In this document: in pieces, positions 1 through 9,572 of the stretch | How the letters are laid out: each line of letters begins with the position of its first letter | How positions within the stretch are numbered: position 1 is the first letter of the stretch | Assembly: GCA_033856675.1 (NCBI GenBank) | Contig: JAWVEN010000004.1 | Span: 233,653-297,652 of the forward strand | Direction of reading: 5' to 3' | DNA: 64,000 bases | DNA from: Gaiellales bacterium | GTDB lineage: Bacteria; Actinomycetota; Thermoleophilia; Gaiellales; JAICJC01 | Notes under the pieces: generated by a model | The model's input: only the letters and a program-made list of their open reading frames with translations | What the model was told of the DNA's origin: nothing | Database searches by the model: none | Made by a program: the position numbers and the translations under genes

Positions 1-1
1 G

Positions 2-229
2 CGAGTGGCGCACCTGCTTGCCATCTCGCTGCTGATCGTGGTCGGTGTGTCGCTCGGGGTGGGGCCGTTCTACTACGCGGGCCTGGCTGTGGTTGCCGCC
101 CTGCTCGGCTACGAGAACTCGATCGTCCACGCCGACGACCTTTCCCGCGTCAACGTGGCGTTCTTCACCCTGAACGGCGTCATCTCGATGGTGTTCCTGG
201 CCGGGGTGCTGGCCGATGCGCTCACCTGA
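2..229 (+). CDS. UbiA-family prenyltransferase (MqnP-like), 3' part only
   Basis: Hydrophobic C-terminus YENSIVHADDLSRVNVAFFTLNG typical of MqnP/UbiA-like proteins; truncated by the window edge. Confidence 0.75.
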   Translation, partial: RVAHLLAISLLIVVGVSLGVGPFYYAGLAVVAALLGYENSIVHADDLSRVNVAFFTLNGVISMVFLAGVLADALT

Positions 230-866
230 GGAATCCGCGGCCGCCGACGCGGTCGTGTGCGAAGGGCTTGTCCGGCTGTTCGGCGAGCGCCGCGCGCTGG
301 ATGGCCTCGACCTTCGGGTCGGCGCCGGTGAGACGCTCCTGGTCACCGGCGGCAACGGCGCCGGCAAGACGACGCTTCTGCGCGTGCTCGCAACGGTGTT
401 GCGGCCGAACGGCGGAACGGCGGCGGTCTGGGGCCACGAGCTGCCGCGAGAGGCACAGGCCGTGCGGCCGACCGTCGGCTACGTCGGTCACGAGCCGCTC
501 GTCTACCCGGCGCTCACGGCGCAGGAAAACCTCGAGCTGTACGCCGCGCTCCACGATGTCAACGGCAGCCGGGTCGCGGAGGCCCTACAACTGGTCGGCC
601 TCGAGCGGCGTGCCGGTGACCGCACCGCGGAGCTCTCCCGGGGGATGCGGCAACGTCTCGCGCTGGCCAGGGCGTGGCTGCATGGGCCGTCGCTGCTCCT
701 GCTCGATGAGCCGACTGCGGGCCTGGACGCGGAGGGCCGCGACGTGCTGCGAGCACTGCTGGCCGGCCGTGAGGGTGCGGCCGTGATCGCGACGCACGAG
801 CCGGAGTGGTTCGACGGCCTTGCGACAGGCGCGGTGCGGATGGAGCAGGGCAGGGCGGCCGCGTGA
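216..866 (+). CDS. ccmA: Heme ABC exporter ATP-binding protein CcmA
   Basis: Walker A GGNGAGKTT, signature LSRGMRQR, Walker B LLLLDEP; directly precedes ccmB/C. Confidence 0.85.
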   Translation: MRSPEESAAADAVVCEGLVRLFGERRALDGLDLRVGAGETLLVTGGNGAGKTTLLRVLATVLRPNGGTAAVWGHELPREAQAVRPTVGYVGHEPLVYPALTAQENLELYAALHDVNGSRVAEALQLVGLERRAGDRTAELSRGMRQRLALARAWLHGPSLLLLDEPTAGLDAEGRDVLRALLAGREGAAVIATHEPEWFDGLATGAVRMEQGRAAA

Positions 867-1540
867 GGGCGTACCGCGCACTCGTCCGCAAGGACCTGCT
901 GGCCGAGATGCGAGGCATGGAGGTCGTTCCGGCGATGCTCGCATTCGTCCTCGGGTCACTGATCCTGATCCGCTTCGGGTTGGGCGGCGAGACGTTGACG
1001 GGCGGCACCAAGGCGGCGACGGGGCTTCTCTGGGTGGCCGCGATCTTCACCGCGATGCTGGCGCTGGTGCGCTCGTTCGCGGGTGAGCGGGAACACGGCA
1101 TCTGGGACGGCCTGCTCGCCTCCCCCGTAGACCGCGCGGCCATCTGGGCGGCGCGTGCGACCGCCACCCTGATCTTCCTGGTCGTCAGCCAGGTGGCGGC
1201 ACTGCCGCTGTTCTGGCTGTTCTTTCTCCAGGAGGGGCGATCGCCGTCGATGGTCGTGCTCGCGGCGGCGCTGCTCCTGGCCGACATGGGCATCGCCATG
1301 CTCGGGTCGCTGCTTGCCGGCATCACCTCGCACGTCCAAGCCAGAGAAGTCCTCCTGCCGGTGCTGTTCCTGCCGTTCGCCGTGCCGCTTGTGACAGTCG
1401 CCGTGCGTGTCACCGTCGACACGATTTCCGCACAAACAAGCGGTTTTGACACCCTTCAGGGGCTCGGGTTTCTGGCTCTCTATGATACGATTTTCGGGTT
1501 CTTGGGCTGGGCGCTCTTCGAGTACGTCGTGGAGGATTGA
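863..1540 (+). CDS. ccmB: Heme exporter protein CcmB
   Basis: GTGA overlap with ccmA; LVRKDLLAE N-terminus, REVLLPVLFLP motif, multiple TM helices. Confidence 0.88.
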   Translation: MRAYRALVRKDLLAEMRGMEVVPAMLAFVLGSLILIRFGLGGETLTGGTKAATGLLWVAAIFTAMLALVRSFAGEREHGIWDGLLASPVDRAAIWAARATATLIFLVVSQVAALPLFWLFFLQEGRSPSMVVLAAALLLADMGIAMLGSLLAGITSHVQAREVLLPVLFLPFAVPLVTVAVRVTVDTISAQTSGFDTLQGLGFLALYDTIFGFLGWALFEYVVED

Positions 1541-2253
1541 GACTCTTGGTGAACGGCTCCCGGAGAGCCCGCCCCGATTGGGCGACGCTGGTCGCAACCG
1601 CGGCAGGTCTGCTGATGACGGCGGCGCTCGGGATGATTTTTTTCTACGTCCCCACGGACGTCGATCAGGGCTTCTCGCAGCGAATCTTCTACTTCCACGT
1701 CCCCATCGCGATCACCACGTACGTCCTGTTCGCCTGGGGCGCGGTCAACGCCGCGCGCTACCTGTGGAAGCGAGACATCTCGCTCGACCTCAAGAGCTAC
1801 GTCCCAATGCATCTGGGCGTCATCTTCGGCTCGCTGACCCTCGTCACCGGGTCCATCTGGGCGAAGATCTCATGGGGCCACTGGTGGGTATGGAGTGACA
1901 CGCAGTTGACCACGTTCCTGATCATCTTTTTGTTCTACTGCGCCTACTTCATGCTGCGATTCTCTGTCGATGCAGGAGAGAAGCGCGCCACGTACTCGGC
2001 CGTCTACGCACTGCTCGGCGTCGGCTTGATCCCGCTCTCGGTCATGGGCGTCCGAGTCGCGAACGACCTGATCCACCCGATCACGTTCGACTCGCGCGGT
2101 GCGAACATGGACACCAGCATGTTCCTGACCTTTCTGATGGCCACCGCAGCGATGATCTCGCTGGCCGTGACGATGTATCTGGTGGAGCTGCGCGGCAAGC
2201 GCATCGACGAGCGGCTGCGGCAGATCCGCAGGCTGGTGGAGGCGCGCGCGTGA
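1537..2253 (+). CDS. ccmC: Heme exporter/cytochrome c assembly protein CcmC
   Basis: RIFYFHVP His motif and Trp-rich GSIWAKISWGHWWVWSD motif, second His in IHP. Confidence 0.88.
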   Translation: MRLLVNGSRRARPDWATLVATAAGLLMTAALGMIFFYVPTDVDQGFSQRIFYFHVPIAITTYVLFAWGAVNAARYLWKRDISLDLKSYVPMHLGVIFGSLTLVTGSIWAKISWGHWWVWSDTQLTTFLIIFLFYCAYFMLRFSVDAGEKRATYSAVYALLGVGLIPLSVMGVRVANDLIHPITFDSRGANMDTSMFLTFLMATAAMISLAVTMYLVELRGKRIDERLRQIRRLVEARA

Positions 2254-2411
2254 TCGACGAGACCCACGTCAAGTACGTCGCGGCGGTCTACGGCCTGGCC
2301 TGGGTCGTCACCGTCGCCTACCTTGCCATCCTGAACGCGAAGTTCTCACGCCTGGAGCGCCAGCTCGACGAGATCGCTTCGCTGCTCGAACCGGCACGTG
2401 GCGATGGCTGA
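2250..2411 (+). CDS. ccmD: CcmD-like small membrane protein (53 aa), absent from the ORF track
   Basis: GTG overlaps the ccmC stop; MIDETHVKYVAAVYGLAWVVTVAYLAILNAKFSRLERQLDEIASLLEPARGDG has one TM helix and a charged tail, in the ccmD position. Confidence 0.75.
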   Translation: MIDETHVKYVAAVYGLAWVVTVAYLAILNAKFSRLERQLDEIASLLEPARGDG

Positions 2412-3666
2412 CGCCGTCCACCTGCTGCTCGTCGGCACCAACCACCGGCACGCCCCGATCGGCGTGCGGGAGCAGCTTGCCTCGCAGGCGCACGGGGAGC
2501 GGCTGGTCGAGGCGCTGATCGCCGAGCCCGCGGTGATCGAGGCTGTCGGGCTTTCCACCTGCAACCGCTGCGAGCTCTACATGGTGGGCTCGGATCCGGA
2601 GCAGATGCGGGCGGCTGCCCTGCGGCGACTCGCCACCTACGCGTCGCGCAGCGAGGAGGAGGTCGAGCCGCTCCTGTACGTCCACAAGGAGGGAGACGCC
2701 GCCGAACACCTGTTCGCTGTTGCCGGTGGGCTCGACTCGCTGGTGCCGGGAGAGGCCCAGATCCTCGCCCAGATCCGCGCTGCCTACACCCATGCGCTGG
2801 AGCGGGGGTCAACGGGCACCGTCTCCAATCGGCTCTTCCACGAGGCGATCGAGGCCGGCAAGCGCGTGCGCCATGAGACGGCGATCGGCGAGGCCAACGC
2901 ATCGATCGCATCGGTGGCCGCGGAGCTCGTGAGGGAGCAGCTGGGGTCGCTCGACGGCGTGACCGTCCTGATCGTCGGTGCCGGGAAGGTGGCCGAACTG
3001 GTCGCCCAGAACCTCGCCTCCCGCGGCGACGTGCGGATCGCGGTCGCCAACCGCAGCCCCGAGCGCGCGCGGCTCCTGGCCGAGCGCTTCGACGGCACTG
3101 TGGCGCCGTTCGACCGCATTGCGCAGGCGGTCGCCGCCGCACGTGTGATCGTGTGCTCGACGCTGTCGGACGGCCACGTGATCGAGGCGGGTGACGTGCC
3201 GCCAGGGCCGCGGGTGATGGTCGACCTGGCGGTCCCGCGCGACATCGACCCAGAGGCGGCGAACATCGACGGTGTCACCCTCGTCAACGTCGACGACCTG
3301 GAGGAGACCGTTCGCCGCAACATTGGCCTGCGCGAGGAAGAGGCCGTCGACGCCCGCCGCATCGTCAACGAGCAGGCCACGGAGTTCCGCAGCTGGCTCG
3401 CCGCACTCGAGGTCGTCCCGGCGATCACCGAGCTGCGGGCGTTCGCCGAGCAGATCCGGGTCTCGGAGCTGGAGCGGATGGACGGGCGGTGGGAATCGCT
3501 GTCCGACGCCGATCGCGAGCGGCTCGACCAGCTCACCCGCACCATGCTGAACAAATTGCTTCACCGGCCCACTGTCCGGCTGAAGGAGCTCGCCGCCGAG
3601 AACGGCGACGCCGACCACGTGGCTGCGGTGACCGAGCTCTTCGGCCTTCGCCGCGCCGCCTCATGA
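2404..3666 (+). CDS. hemA: Glutamyl-tRNA reductase
   Basis: LSTCNRCE catalytic motif, GLDSLVPGEAQILAQ, GAGKVA NADPH loop, DLAVPRDID. Confidence 0.96.
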   Translation: MADAVHLLLVGTNHRHAPIGVREQLASQAHGERLVEALIAEPAVIEAVGLSTCNRCELYMVGSDPEQMRAAALRRLATYASRSEEEVEPLLYVHKEGDAAEHLFAVAGGLDSLVPGEAQILAQIRAAYTHALERGSTGTVSNRLFHEAIEAGKRVRHETAIGEANASIASVAAELVREQLGSLDGVTVLIVGAGKVAELVAQNLASRGDVRIAVANRSPERARLLAERFDGTVAPFDRIAQAVAAARVIVCSTLSDGHVIEAGDVPPGPRVMVDLAVPRDIDPEAANIDGVTLVNVDDLEETVRRNIGLREEEAVDARRIVNEQATEFRSWLAALEVVPAITELRAFAEQIRVSELERMDGRWESLSDADRERLDQLTRTMLNKLLHRPTVRLKELAAENGDADHVAAVTELFGLRRAAS

Positions 3667-4421
3667 TCCGTCTGGGTACGCGCGGGAGCGCGCTCGCGAT
3701 GGCACAGGCACGGTGGGCGGCGAGTGTCCTGCCCGACTGCGAGATCGTGGTGATCGAGACCTCCGGCGACCGCCAGCGCGACCGCCGGTTCGAGGACATC
3801 GGGGACGGCCGCGGCGTCTTCACCGCGGAGATCGAGCGCGCCCTGCTGGACAACCGGATCGACGTCGCAGTGCACAGCGCGAAGGACCTCACGGGCGACA
3901 TGCCGCCGGAGCTGGTGATCGGCGCCATCCCCGCGCGGGAGGACCCGCGCGACGCCTGCTGTGGGCCGTTCTCGTCGCTCGACGCGATTCCCGACGGTGC
4001 GCGGGTGGGCACCTCGTCGGCTCGACGCACGGGGCTGCTGGCGGAGCTTCGGCCTGAGCTGACGGTCGTCCCGCTGCGCGGCAACGTCGACACTCGGCTT
4101 CGCAAGCTCGACGAGGGGGAGGCGGACGTGATCGTGCTCGCCACCGCGGGATTGTTGCGCCTGGGCCTGGAGGAGCGAATCGCCTTCCGGTTCGACCCCG
4201 ACCGCTTCGTACCAGAGGCGGGTCAGGGCGCTCTCGCACTGCAGGTGCGCGCCGGAGAGGAGGAGCTGGTGCGCGCGCTCGACCATCGACCGTCGCGCGA
4301 GGAGGTCGAGGCCGAGCGGGCGGCTGTGGCGGAGCTCGGTGGTGGCTGCACGGTGCCGGTCGCGGCACACGCCTGGCACGATGGGTCCCAGCTGCGGCTC
4401 CGGACCTGGGTCGCGCGATGA
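3663..4421 (+). CDS. hemC: Hydroxymethylbilane synthase (porphobilinogen deaminase), short form
   Basis: IRLGTRGSALA, AVHSAKD, REDPRD, GTSSARR, LRGNVDTRL, GGGC cofactor Cys; ATG overlaps hemA stop. Confidence 0.95.
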   Translation: MIRLGTRGSALAMAQARWAASVLPDCEIVVIETSGDRQRDRRFEDIGDGRGVFTAEIERALLDNRIDVAVHSAKDLTGDMPPELVIGAIPAREDPRDACCGPFSSLDAIPDGARVGTSSARRTGLLAELRPELTVVPLRGNVDTRLRKLDEGEADVIVLATAGLLRLGLEERIAFRFDPDRFVPEAGQGALALQVRAGEEELVRALDHRPSREEVEAERAAVAELGGGCTVPVAAHAWHDGSQLRLRTWVAR

Positions 4422-5857
4422 CGGTGTACCTGGTGGGAGCCGGCCCGGGTGATCCGGGCCTTCTCACGCTGCGCGGACGCGAACTGCTGGAGCGTTGTGA
4501 CGCGCTCGTCTACGACCGTCTCGCCGATCCGCGCATCGTCGCCATGGCGAACCCCGACGCGGAACGCATCTATGCCGGCAAGGAGCCCAAGCGTCACGCG
4601 CTCAGCCAGGACGAGATCTGCAAGCTGTTGGTGGAGCTGGGACGCCGCTGCAAGACCGTCGTGCGGCTGAAGGGCGGTGATCCGTTCATCTTCGGGCGTG
4701 GCGGTGAGGAAGCGCTCGCACTCGCGGAGGCGGGCATCCTCTGGGAGGTGGTGCCCGGCATCTCGTCGGCCTACGCGGTGCCGGCGTACGCAGGTATTCC
4801 CGTCACGCAACGCGGGATGGCCGCGCAGGTCACCCTCGTGACGGGGCACGAGGATCCCGCAAAGGAGGAGAGCGACATCGACTGGGCGCTGCTCGCACGC
4901 ACCCCGGGAACGCTGGTGTTCCTGATGGGCGTCGGGGGGCTTGAGCGCAACGCCGCCCGCCTGATCGAGCACGGCAAGGCGCCTGATACGCCGGCGGCTG
5001 TGATCGCCAGTGGCACGCGCCCGAACCAGCGGACGGTCACGGCGCCGCTGCACAGCATCGCCCGGGCGGCGGAGGGGGTGCGTCCGCCGGCGATCACGCT
5101 GGTCGGCGAGGTGGCCGCGCTCCACGACCGTCTTGGGTGGTTCGAGCGCCGGCCGCTGTTCGGCCGGCGTGTGGTCGTGACTCGCGCGCGGCCGCAGGCC
5201 AGCGGCCTCGCGTCGCGCCTGTCGGAGCTGGGAGCGGAGGTGATAGAGGCGCCCGCGATCGGCATCGAGCCGCTTGCATTCGACGCGCCTGACCTTGCGG
5301 CCTACGACGTCGTCTGCCTCACGAGCGCGAACGGCGTGGAGCGTCTGCTTCCGGCTGACGTTCGTGCGCTGCACGGCGTCACGGTTGCGGCGGTGGGCCG
5401 CGCGACGGCCGCCGCGCTTGCCGAGCATGGCATCGTGGCAGATGTCGTTCCCGGCCAGGCTGTGTCGGAGGCCCTGCTGGACGCGCTCGGCGACGTCACC
5501 GGGCAGCGCATCCTCGTCGCCACGGCGGAGGGCGCTCGCACGGTGCTTCCCGACGGATTGCGCGAACGCGGCGCCGACGTCGACATGCTGCACCTCTACC
5601 GCACGACCGCCGAGCCGGTCGACACGGAGCGGGTACTCGATGCCGACCTGATCACGTTCAGCTCGTCGTCCACCGTGACGAACGTGCTCGACGCCTTGAA
5701 CGGGCATGACCTCTCGTCGATTCGCGCCATCTCGATCGGGCCGGTGACCACGGGGACGCTCCGTGAGCGCGGGATCACGCCACTGCGCGAGGCCGATCCG
5801 CATGATGTCGACGGCCTCGTGGCCGCAGTGCTCGACGCTGCGTCAGAGCTAGAGTGA
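4418..5857 (+). CDS. cobA: Fused uroporphyrinogen-III C-methyltransferase / uroporphyrinogen-III synthase
   Basis: VYLVGAGPGDPGLLT, RLKGGDPFIFGRGGEE; C-terminal HemD domain starting at PLFGRRVVVTR with TSANGV. Confidence 0.95.
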   Translation: MTVYLVGAGPGDPGLLTLRGRELLERCDALVYDRLADPRIVAMANPDAERIYAGKEPKRHALSQDEICKLLVELGRRCKTVVRLKGGDPFIFGRGGEEALALAEAGILWEVVPGISSAYAVPAYAGIPVTQRGMAAQVTLVTGHEDPAKEESDIDWALLARTPGTLVFLMGVGGLERNAARLIEHGKAPDTPAAVIASGTRPNQRTVTAPLHSIARAAEGVRPPAITLVGEVAALHDRLGWFERRPLFGRRVVVTRARPQASGLASRLSELGAEVIEAPAIGIEPLAFDAPDLAAYDVVCLTSANGVERLLPADVRALHGVTVAAVGRATAAALAEHGIVADVVPGQAVSEALLDALGDVTGQRILVATAEGARTVLPDGLRERGADVDMLHLYRTTAEPVDTERVLDADLITFSSSSTVTNVLDALNGHDLSSIRAISIGPVTTGTLRERGITPLREADPHDVDGLVAAVLDAASELE

Positions 5858-5861
5858 CCGC

Positions 5862-6734
5862 ATGGCCCAGACCGCTCGCGTGACCCGGCCGGTTGTGACG
5901 TTCCTGTCCGACTTCGGGCAAGAGGATCCGTTCGTCGGGATCTGCCATGCGGTCATCCTGCGGATCTCGCCCGAAGCCGAGGTGATCCATCTTTCTCATG
6001 GGATCGAGCCCCAGTCCGTCGCCCATGGCGCCCGCGTGCTTGCGGCGTCGATCGAGTTCCTGCCGGTTGGTGTTCACCTTGCCGTCGTCGACCCCGGTGT
6101 CGGGTCGGAGCGCCGTGCCCTGTGCCTGCAGAGTGGTGACGGGCGCATGTTCGTCGGGCCGGACAATGGCCTGTTGGTGCCGGCCGCTGAGCGCTGCGGC
6201 GGCATCGAAACGGCGTTCGCGATCACCAGTCGCGCCCACATGCTTCCCGAGATCTCGCGGACGTTCCACGGTCGTGACGTGTTCGCGCCCGCAAGCGCAC
6301 ACCTGGCGGCCGGGGTCCCTCCTTCCGACCTGGGGCCCGAGGTGGCGCTCGAGTCGCTGCAGCGAGCCCGCGAGCCTGGCTTCACTCGTGAGGGCTCACT
6401 GCTGGAGTCGACCGTGCAGCACGTCGATCGCTTCGGCAACCTGCAGCTCTCGGTGTCGCTGAGCGACCTCGGCGACCTGTTCCACAACGGTCGTCTGGTC
6501 GAGGTTCAGCGGGGCGACGACCGCTACTACGCCACCTGTGCCCTCACATTCGCCGATGTCCAAAATGGCGAGATCGTCCTGTACGAGGACTCGGAATGGT
6601 GGATGTCGCTCGCCATCAATCGCGGCAGCGCGGCGACGCTCCTCGATGCGGCGATCGGCGATCGGATGCGAATCGACTTCGACCCGCATCCCGAGCAGGA
6701 AGAGCGCCAGCCCCCCTTGACGCAGCCCCTATGA
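5862..6734 (+). CDS. SAM hydroxide adenosyltransferase (DUF62; chlorinase/fluorinase superfamily)
   Basis: TFLSDFG, VVDPGVGSERR, GPDNG, TFHGRDVFAP, VDRFGN motifs. Confidence 0.9.
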   Translation: MAQTARVTRPVVTFLSDFGQEDPFVGICHAVILRISPEAEVIHLSHGIEPQSVAHGARVLAASIEFLPVGVHLAVVDPGVGSERRALCLQSGDGRMFVGPDNGLLVPAAERCGGIETAFAITSRAHMLPEISRTFHGRDVFAPASAHLAAGVPPSDLGPEVALESLQRAREPGFTREGSLLESTVQHVDRFGNLQLSVSLSDLGDLFHNGRLVEVQRGDDRYYATCALTFADVQNGEIVLYEDSEWWMSLAINRGSAATLLDAAIGDRMRIDFDPHPEQEERQPPLTQPL

Positions 6735-6847
6735 CGTGGTGGGATGAGGATCACGTAAGCGGCCTTCGAGGAGCGGTAGCACCGTCCCGGAGGCCGCTTC
6801 CTCGTGCGGCATGAGAGGCCCTTGGGGCGCGGTAGACTGAGCGCCGC

Positions 6848-6920
6848 GGCGAGGTAGCTCAGTTGGTAGAGCACGCGACTGAAAATCGCGGTGTCGGCAG
6901 TTCGACTCTGCCCCTCGCCA
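6848..6920 (+). tRNA. tRNA-Phe (GAA)
   Basis: Acceptor stem GGCGAGG/CCTCGCC, D-arm AGCTCAGTTGGTAGAGC, anticodon loop CTGAAAA, T-loop GTTCGAC; 73 nt, CCA not encoded; TAGACT -10 box just upstream. Confidence 0.97.
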
Positions 6921-6937
6921 TCGCGTGAAATACCGGC

Positions 6938-7292
6938 TCAGCGACGGACGCGGTAGTGGATGTGCGTGGCCTGCGGGGTGTCGATCACTCGAACGATGTC
7001 CAGCTCGACGCTCGACGGCAAGATGTCGAACAGCCGACGGCCACGACCGAACAGCACCGGGATCTGGTGGATTTCCAACTCGTCCAGCACACCGGCCTCG
7101 AGCGCCCGTTGCGTCGTGTACGCGCCGTGCACCATCACGTTGCGGTCCCCGGCGGCGGCCTTCGCCTGTGCCATGGCGCTGGCGATCCCATCGGTCACGT
7201 ACATCACCAGCGGATAGTTCGCGGCCGGCCGGCCGGTGACTGGGCACGAAGATCGGAACACCGCGTCCGTGATGATCACCGCCCCAGTGATC
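6938..7292 (-). pseudogene. 5'-truncated, frameshifted RibD-C/dihydrofolate-reductase-family gene
   Basis: DHWGGDHH..VPIFVPSHRP in one frame switches near 7225 to ANYPLVMYVTDGIASAMAQAKAAAGDRNV..LDELEIHQIPVLFGRG in another; no N-terminal half. Confidence 0.75.
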
Positions 7293-7386
7293 GTGCCCCG
7301 CCGTGCCCGTAGCAGCTGAAGCTCGTGCTCCCGGTCCCCGCGGAGCCGTGACCTTCCGGCGCCCGGCTCCGCGAGGCTCGGATCGA

Positions 7387-8187
7387 TCAGGGCAGGTAGG
7401 CCCCGAACGAGTCGTGGAGCCAGTTGAGGCTCCAGCTGCGGTCGACGCGGAACACGCCGCCGGTGCCGGCGCACGTGCTGTTCATGCCGAACGACGTGAC
7501 GCCGCCGACGACGCGGGAGCTACCGATGAAGTTCGGTCCGCCCGAGTCGCCGAAGCAGGTGCCGCCGGTGTTCGCGTTATTCGACAGCAGGATCGAGTAG
7601 TCGCCCGTCAACCCGGTGTTCTTCTGCAGCAGGTGCGGGGTGGCCACCATCCGGACGCGCTGCGAGTTGTTCTTCCACGAAGCGGCGTCCGGGAACGACT
7701 TCTGGAGGCCATATCCGACCGCCGTGAAGGGGCTCCTCGGCCCGGGCTTCATCGTTTCGATCACGTTCAGCCCCGGCAACACTCCGTACTGGCGCTTTAC
7801 CATGGCCTCGTCGAGGACGACAACGCCGAGATCGCGAACGAAGAACGCGTCCGGGTTGTAACCCGGGTGGGTGAACGGCGTGCCGCCGACCTGCCCCGTG
7901 TTCGGATAGCCGTTCCCCGGGATGCCGGACTGGACATCCGACTGGAACCAGATCTCGACGTGAGCCGCCGGGGCCTCGGTGCAGTGTCCGGCGGTCAGGA
8001 ACAGCTTCGACGAGAGCAGCGTCCCGCTGCATCGCCAGAGCGGATTCCCCTCTGCATCCTGCGCCACCATCAGGCCGACGTACGGATGCCCCTCACCGTC
8101 GAGCTTGCCGTCGGTGATCGCCCCGGCCGGTGCCACAACCGCAAACGTGCTGACCACGACGGCCAGCAACGCGAGTGTCTTTCTCAT
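7387..8187 (-). CDS. Secreted trypsin-like (S1) serine protease
   Basis: Signal peptide; CSGTL, LTAGHC (His), RDLGVV (Asp), GDSGGP (Ser). Confidence 0.92.
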   Translation of the reverse strand: MRKTLALLAVVVSTFAVVAPAGAITDGKLDGEGHPYVGLMVAQDAEGNPLWRCSGTLLSSKLFLTAGHCTEAPAAHVEIWFQSDVQSGIPGNGYPNTGQVGGTPFTHPGYNPDAFFVRDLGVVVLDEAMVKRQYGVLPGLNVIETMKPGPRSPFTAVGYGLQKSFPDAASWKNNSQRVRMVATPHLLQKNTGLTGDYSILLSNNANTGGTCFGDSGGPNFIGSSRVVGGVTSFGMNSTCAGTGGVFRVDRSWSLNWLHDSFGAYLP

Positions 8188-8224
8188 ATCTCCCCCTGTG
8201 TTGATGCGTTGTCACGACGCACGG

Positions 8225-8267
8225 CACCGGCCGGCTCGCGCATAGGGCACGCACGGGCCGGCCGGTG
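8225..8267. terminator. GC-rich stem-loop between secreted protein and protease genes
   Basis: CACCGGCCGGCTCG ... CGGGCCGGCCGGTG inverted repeat. Confidence 0.55.
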
Positions 8268-8280
8268 GAGCGTTGCTCCG

Positions 8281-8793
8281 TTAGACGGTTTTCACCTGAA
8301 TGTTGCCGTGGTCCGTCTTGCCGCAATCGAACACGAACAGACCGGGCTTGCTCTGGCCCGGCGACGGGTTCAGGCCCCACGCGATGCACGCGCGATCCTT
8401 CTTCCCGGGCTCGCCGTTGTCGATCACGTGAGCCTGGATGAACACCTTTCCGCGGATCGGCGGGCCGCCGTCAACGAAGAACATCCCGCGGCACCCTGCG
8501 AACAGGCGCACCTCGACGTTGCTGATGAAGTTCACGCGGGTGTAGTTCTTGCAATGCCCGTGGAACTTGGACCCGACGGGGATTGCCTTCCCGCCCACCG
8601 TGATCCCGAACTCCGTCACGCCGACGTAGTTGAAGCTGCCCTTCTCGTTGTCCTTTGCGTTGAAGCCGAAGCTGGCGCCGTCGTGGGTCTTCCCACCGCC
8701 GCTCGCCATCAGCTGTGAAGCCGCGAGTGCTGAGGTTGCACCCAGGGCTACCAGAACGACTGCTGTGAGCGCAGCCACCACACTCTTCCGCAT
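8281..8793 (-). CDS. Secreted hypothetical protein (beta-rich, 4 Cys)
   Basis: Signal peptide MRKSVVAALTAVVLVALGATSALA; SGGG..SFGFNA and IDNGEPG segments; RBS AAGGAG. Confidence 0.75.
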   Translation of the reverse strand: MRKSVVAALTAVVLVALGATSALAASQLMASGGGKTHDGASFGFNAKDNEKGSFNYVGVTEFGITVGGKAIPVGSKFHGHCKNYTRVNFISNVEVRLFAGCRGMFFVDGGPPIRGKVFIQAHVIDNGEPGKKDRACIAWGLNPSPGQSKPGLFVFDCGKTDHGNIQVKTV

Positions 8794-9572
8794 CAGTTCT
8801 CCTTGTAGTTCTTGTGAGCAGGTGGTCGGTTCGTGCCTCCACCTGGATTTGCGTGTTTGTTGCCGCCGGCCGGATTGACCTTGCCTTTCGGGCCATTTCC
8901 GTGCTCGGCGGACTGACCGTGATTGCGGACTCCCGGTTGCCCGGCCGTGCCATGTCCGCGACCGCGCTTGTCGGCGTGCCCTGGCGGGTTGCCTCCATGC
9001 CGGCCGCCGCGGCCGAACCCGCGTCCCGGATTCTCACCCGCCGTGCTCTTGCCGGTCTTGCTCTTGCCGTCGCTCGCCGCGGGGGAGCCTTTGGCGCCCT
9101 TCTTCTCGCCCTTCGGAATGGTCGTCCGGGACGGTTCGCGCTCCTTGCCGGCTGGGGAGGTGCTCGTCGTGCCATTCTCCAGCGGCGCGGATTGCCTGTC
9201 CCATCCCGGGACGCTGACTCCCAGCTTGTCGAGGACATCCGACGCTGTGCGCGACGCAGTCTGAGGCAGGCCGGCTGCAAAGGCAGCCCCACCCGTCAGA
9301 CCGAGGGCCACGGCGAAGGCGACCGTCGATCGGCGCATCCCGCGCGCGAGCCCGATGGATCTCGGTCGCGTCGGCGTGCGCTGAGCTGGGGCGATGCCGA
9401 AACCGTCGAGCTGTCCCGAGGTGTCGCGCAGTGCATCGAACAGCTCGCACAGCCGCTCGTAGCCCGGGGGCGCGTCCGAGGGGCGGACGTCGCCACCGAG
9501 CATGCGGTCGGCGGTGTCGCTATCGAGACTGATGCTCGGCATCACTCTCCAAATCGCACGGGGCCTACGCAT
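8793..9572 (-). CDS. Putative anti-sigma factor (single TM, low-complexity G/K/H-rich extracytoplasmic tail)
   Basis: Overlaps the ECF sigma stop; small cytoplasmic domain, TM VAFAVALGLTGGAAFAA, disordered tail. Confidence 0.6.
   Translation of the reverse strand: MRRPRAIWRVMPSISLDSDTADRMLGGDVRPSDAPPGYERLCELFDALRDTSGQLDGFGIAPAQRTPTRPRSIGLARGMRRSTVAFAVALGLTGGAAFAAGLPQTASRTASDVLDKLGVSVPGWDRQSAPLENGTTSTSPAGKEREPSRTTIPKGEKKGAKGSPAASDGKSKTGKSTAGENPGRGFGRGGRHGGNPPGHADKRGRGHGTAGQPGVRNHGQSAEHGNGPKGKVNPAGGNKHANPGGGTNRPPAHKNYKEN

Noticed and set aside
5862-6734. Fluorinase/chlorinase (halometabolite pathway)
   Set aside because: Retains the Asp-Arg-His features (DPGVG..R, TFHGRD) of DUF62 hydroxide adenosyltransferases; no halometabolite genes nearby.
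6734-6835. Structured ncRNA upstream of tRNA-Phe
   Set aside because: Only a 9-bp AAGCGGCCT/AGGCCGCTT inverted repeat; more simply a terminator-like hairpin, no family recognised.
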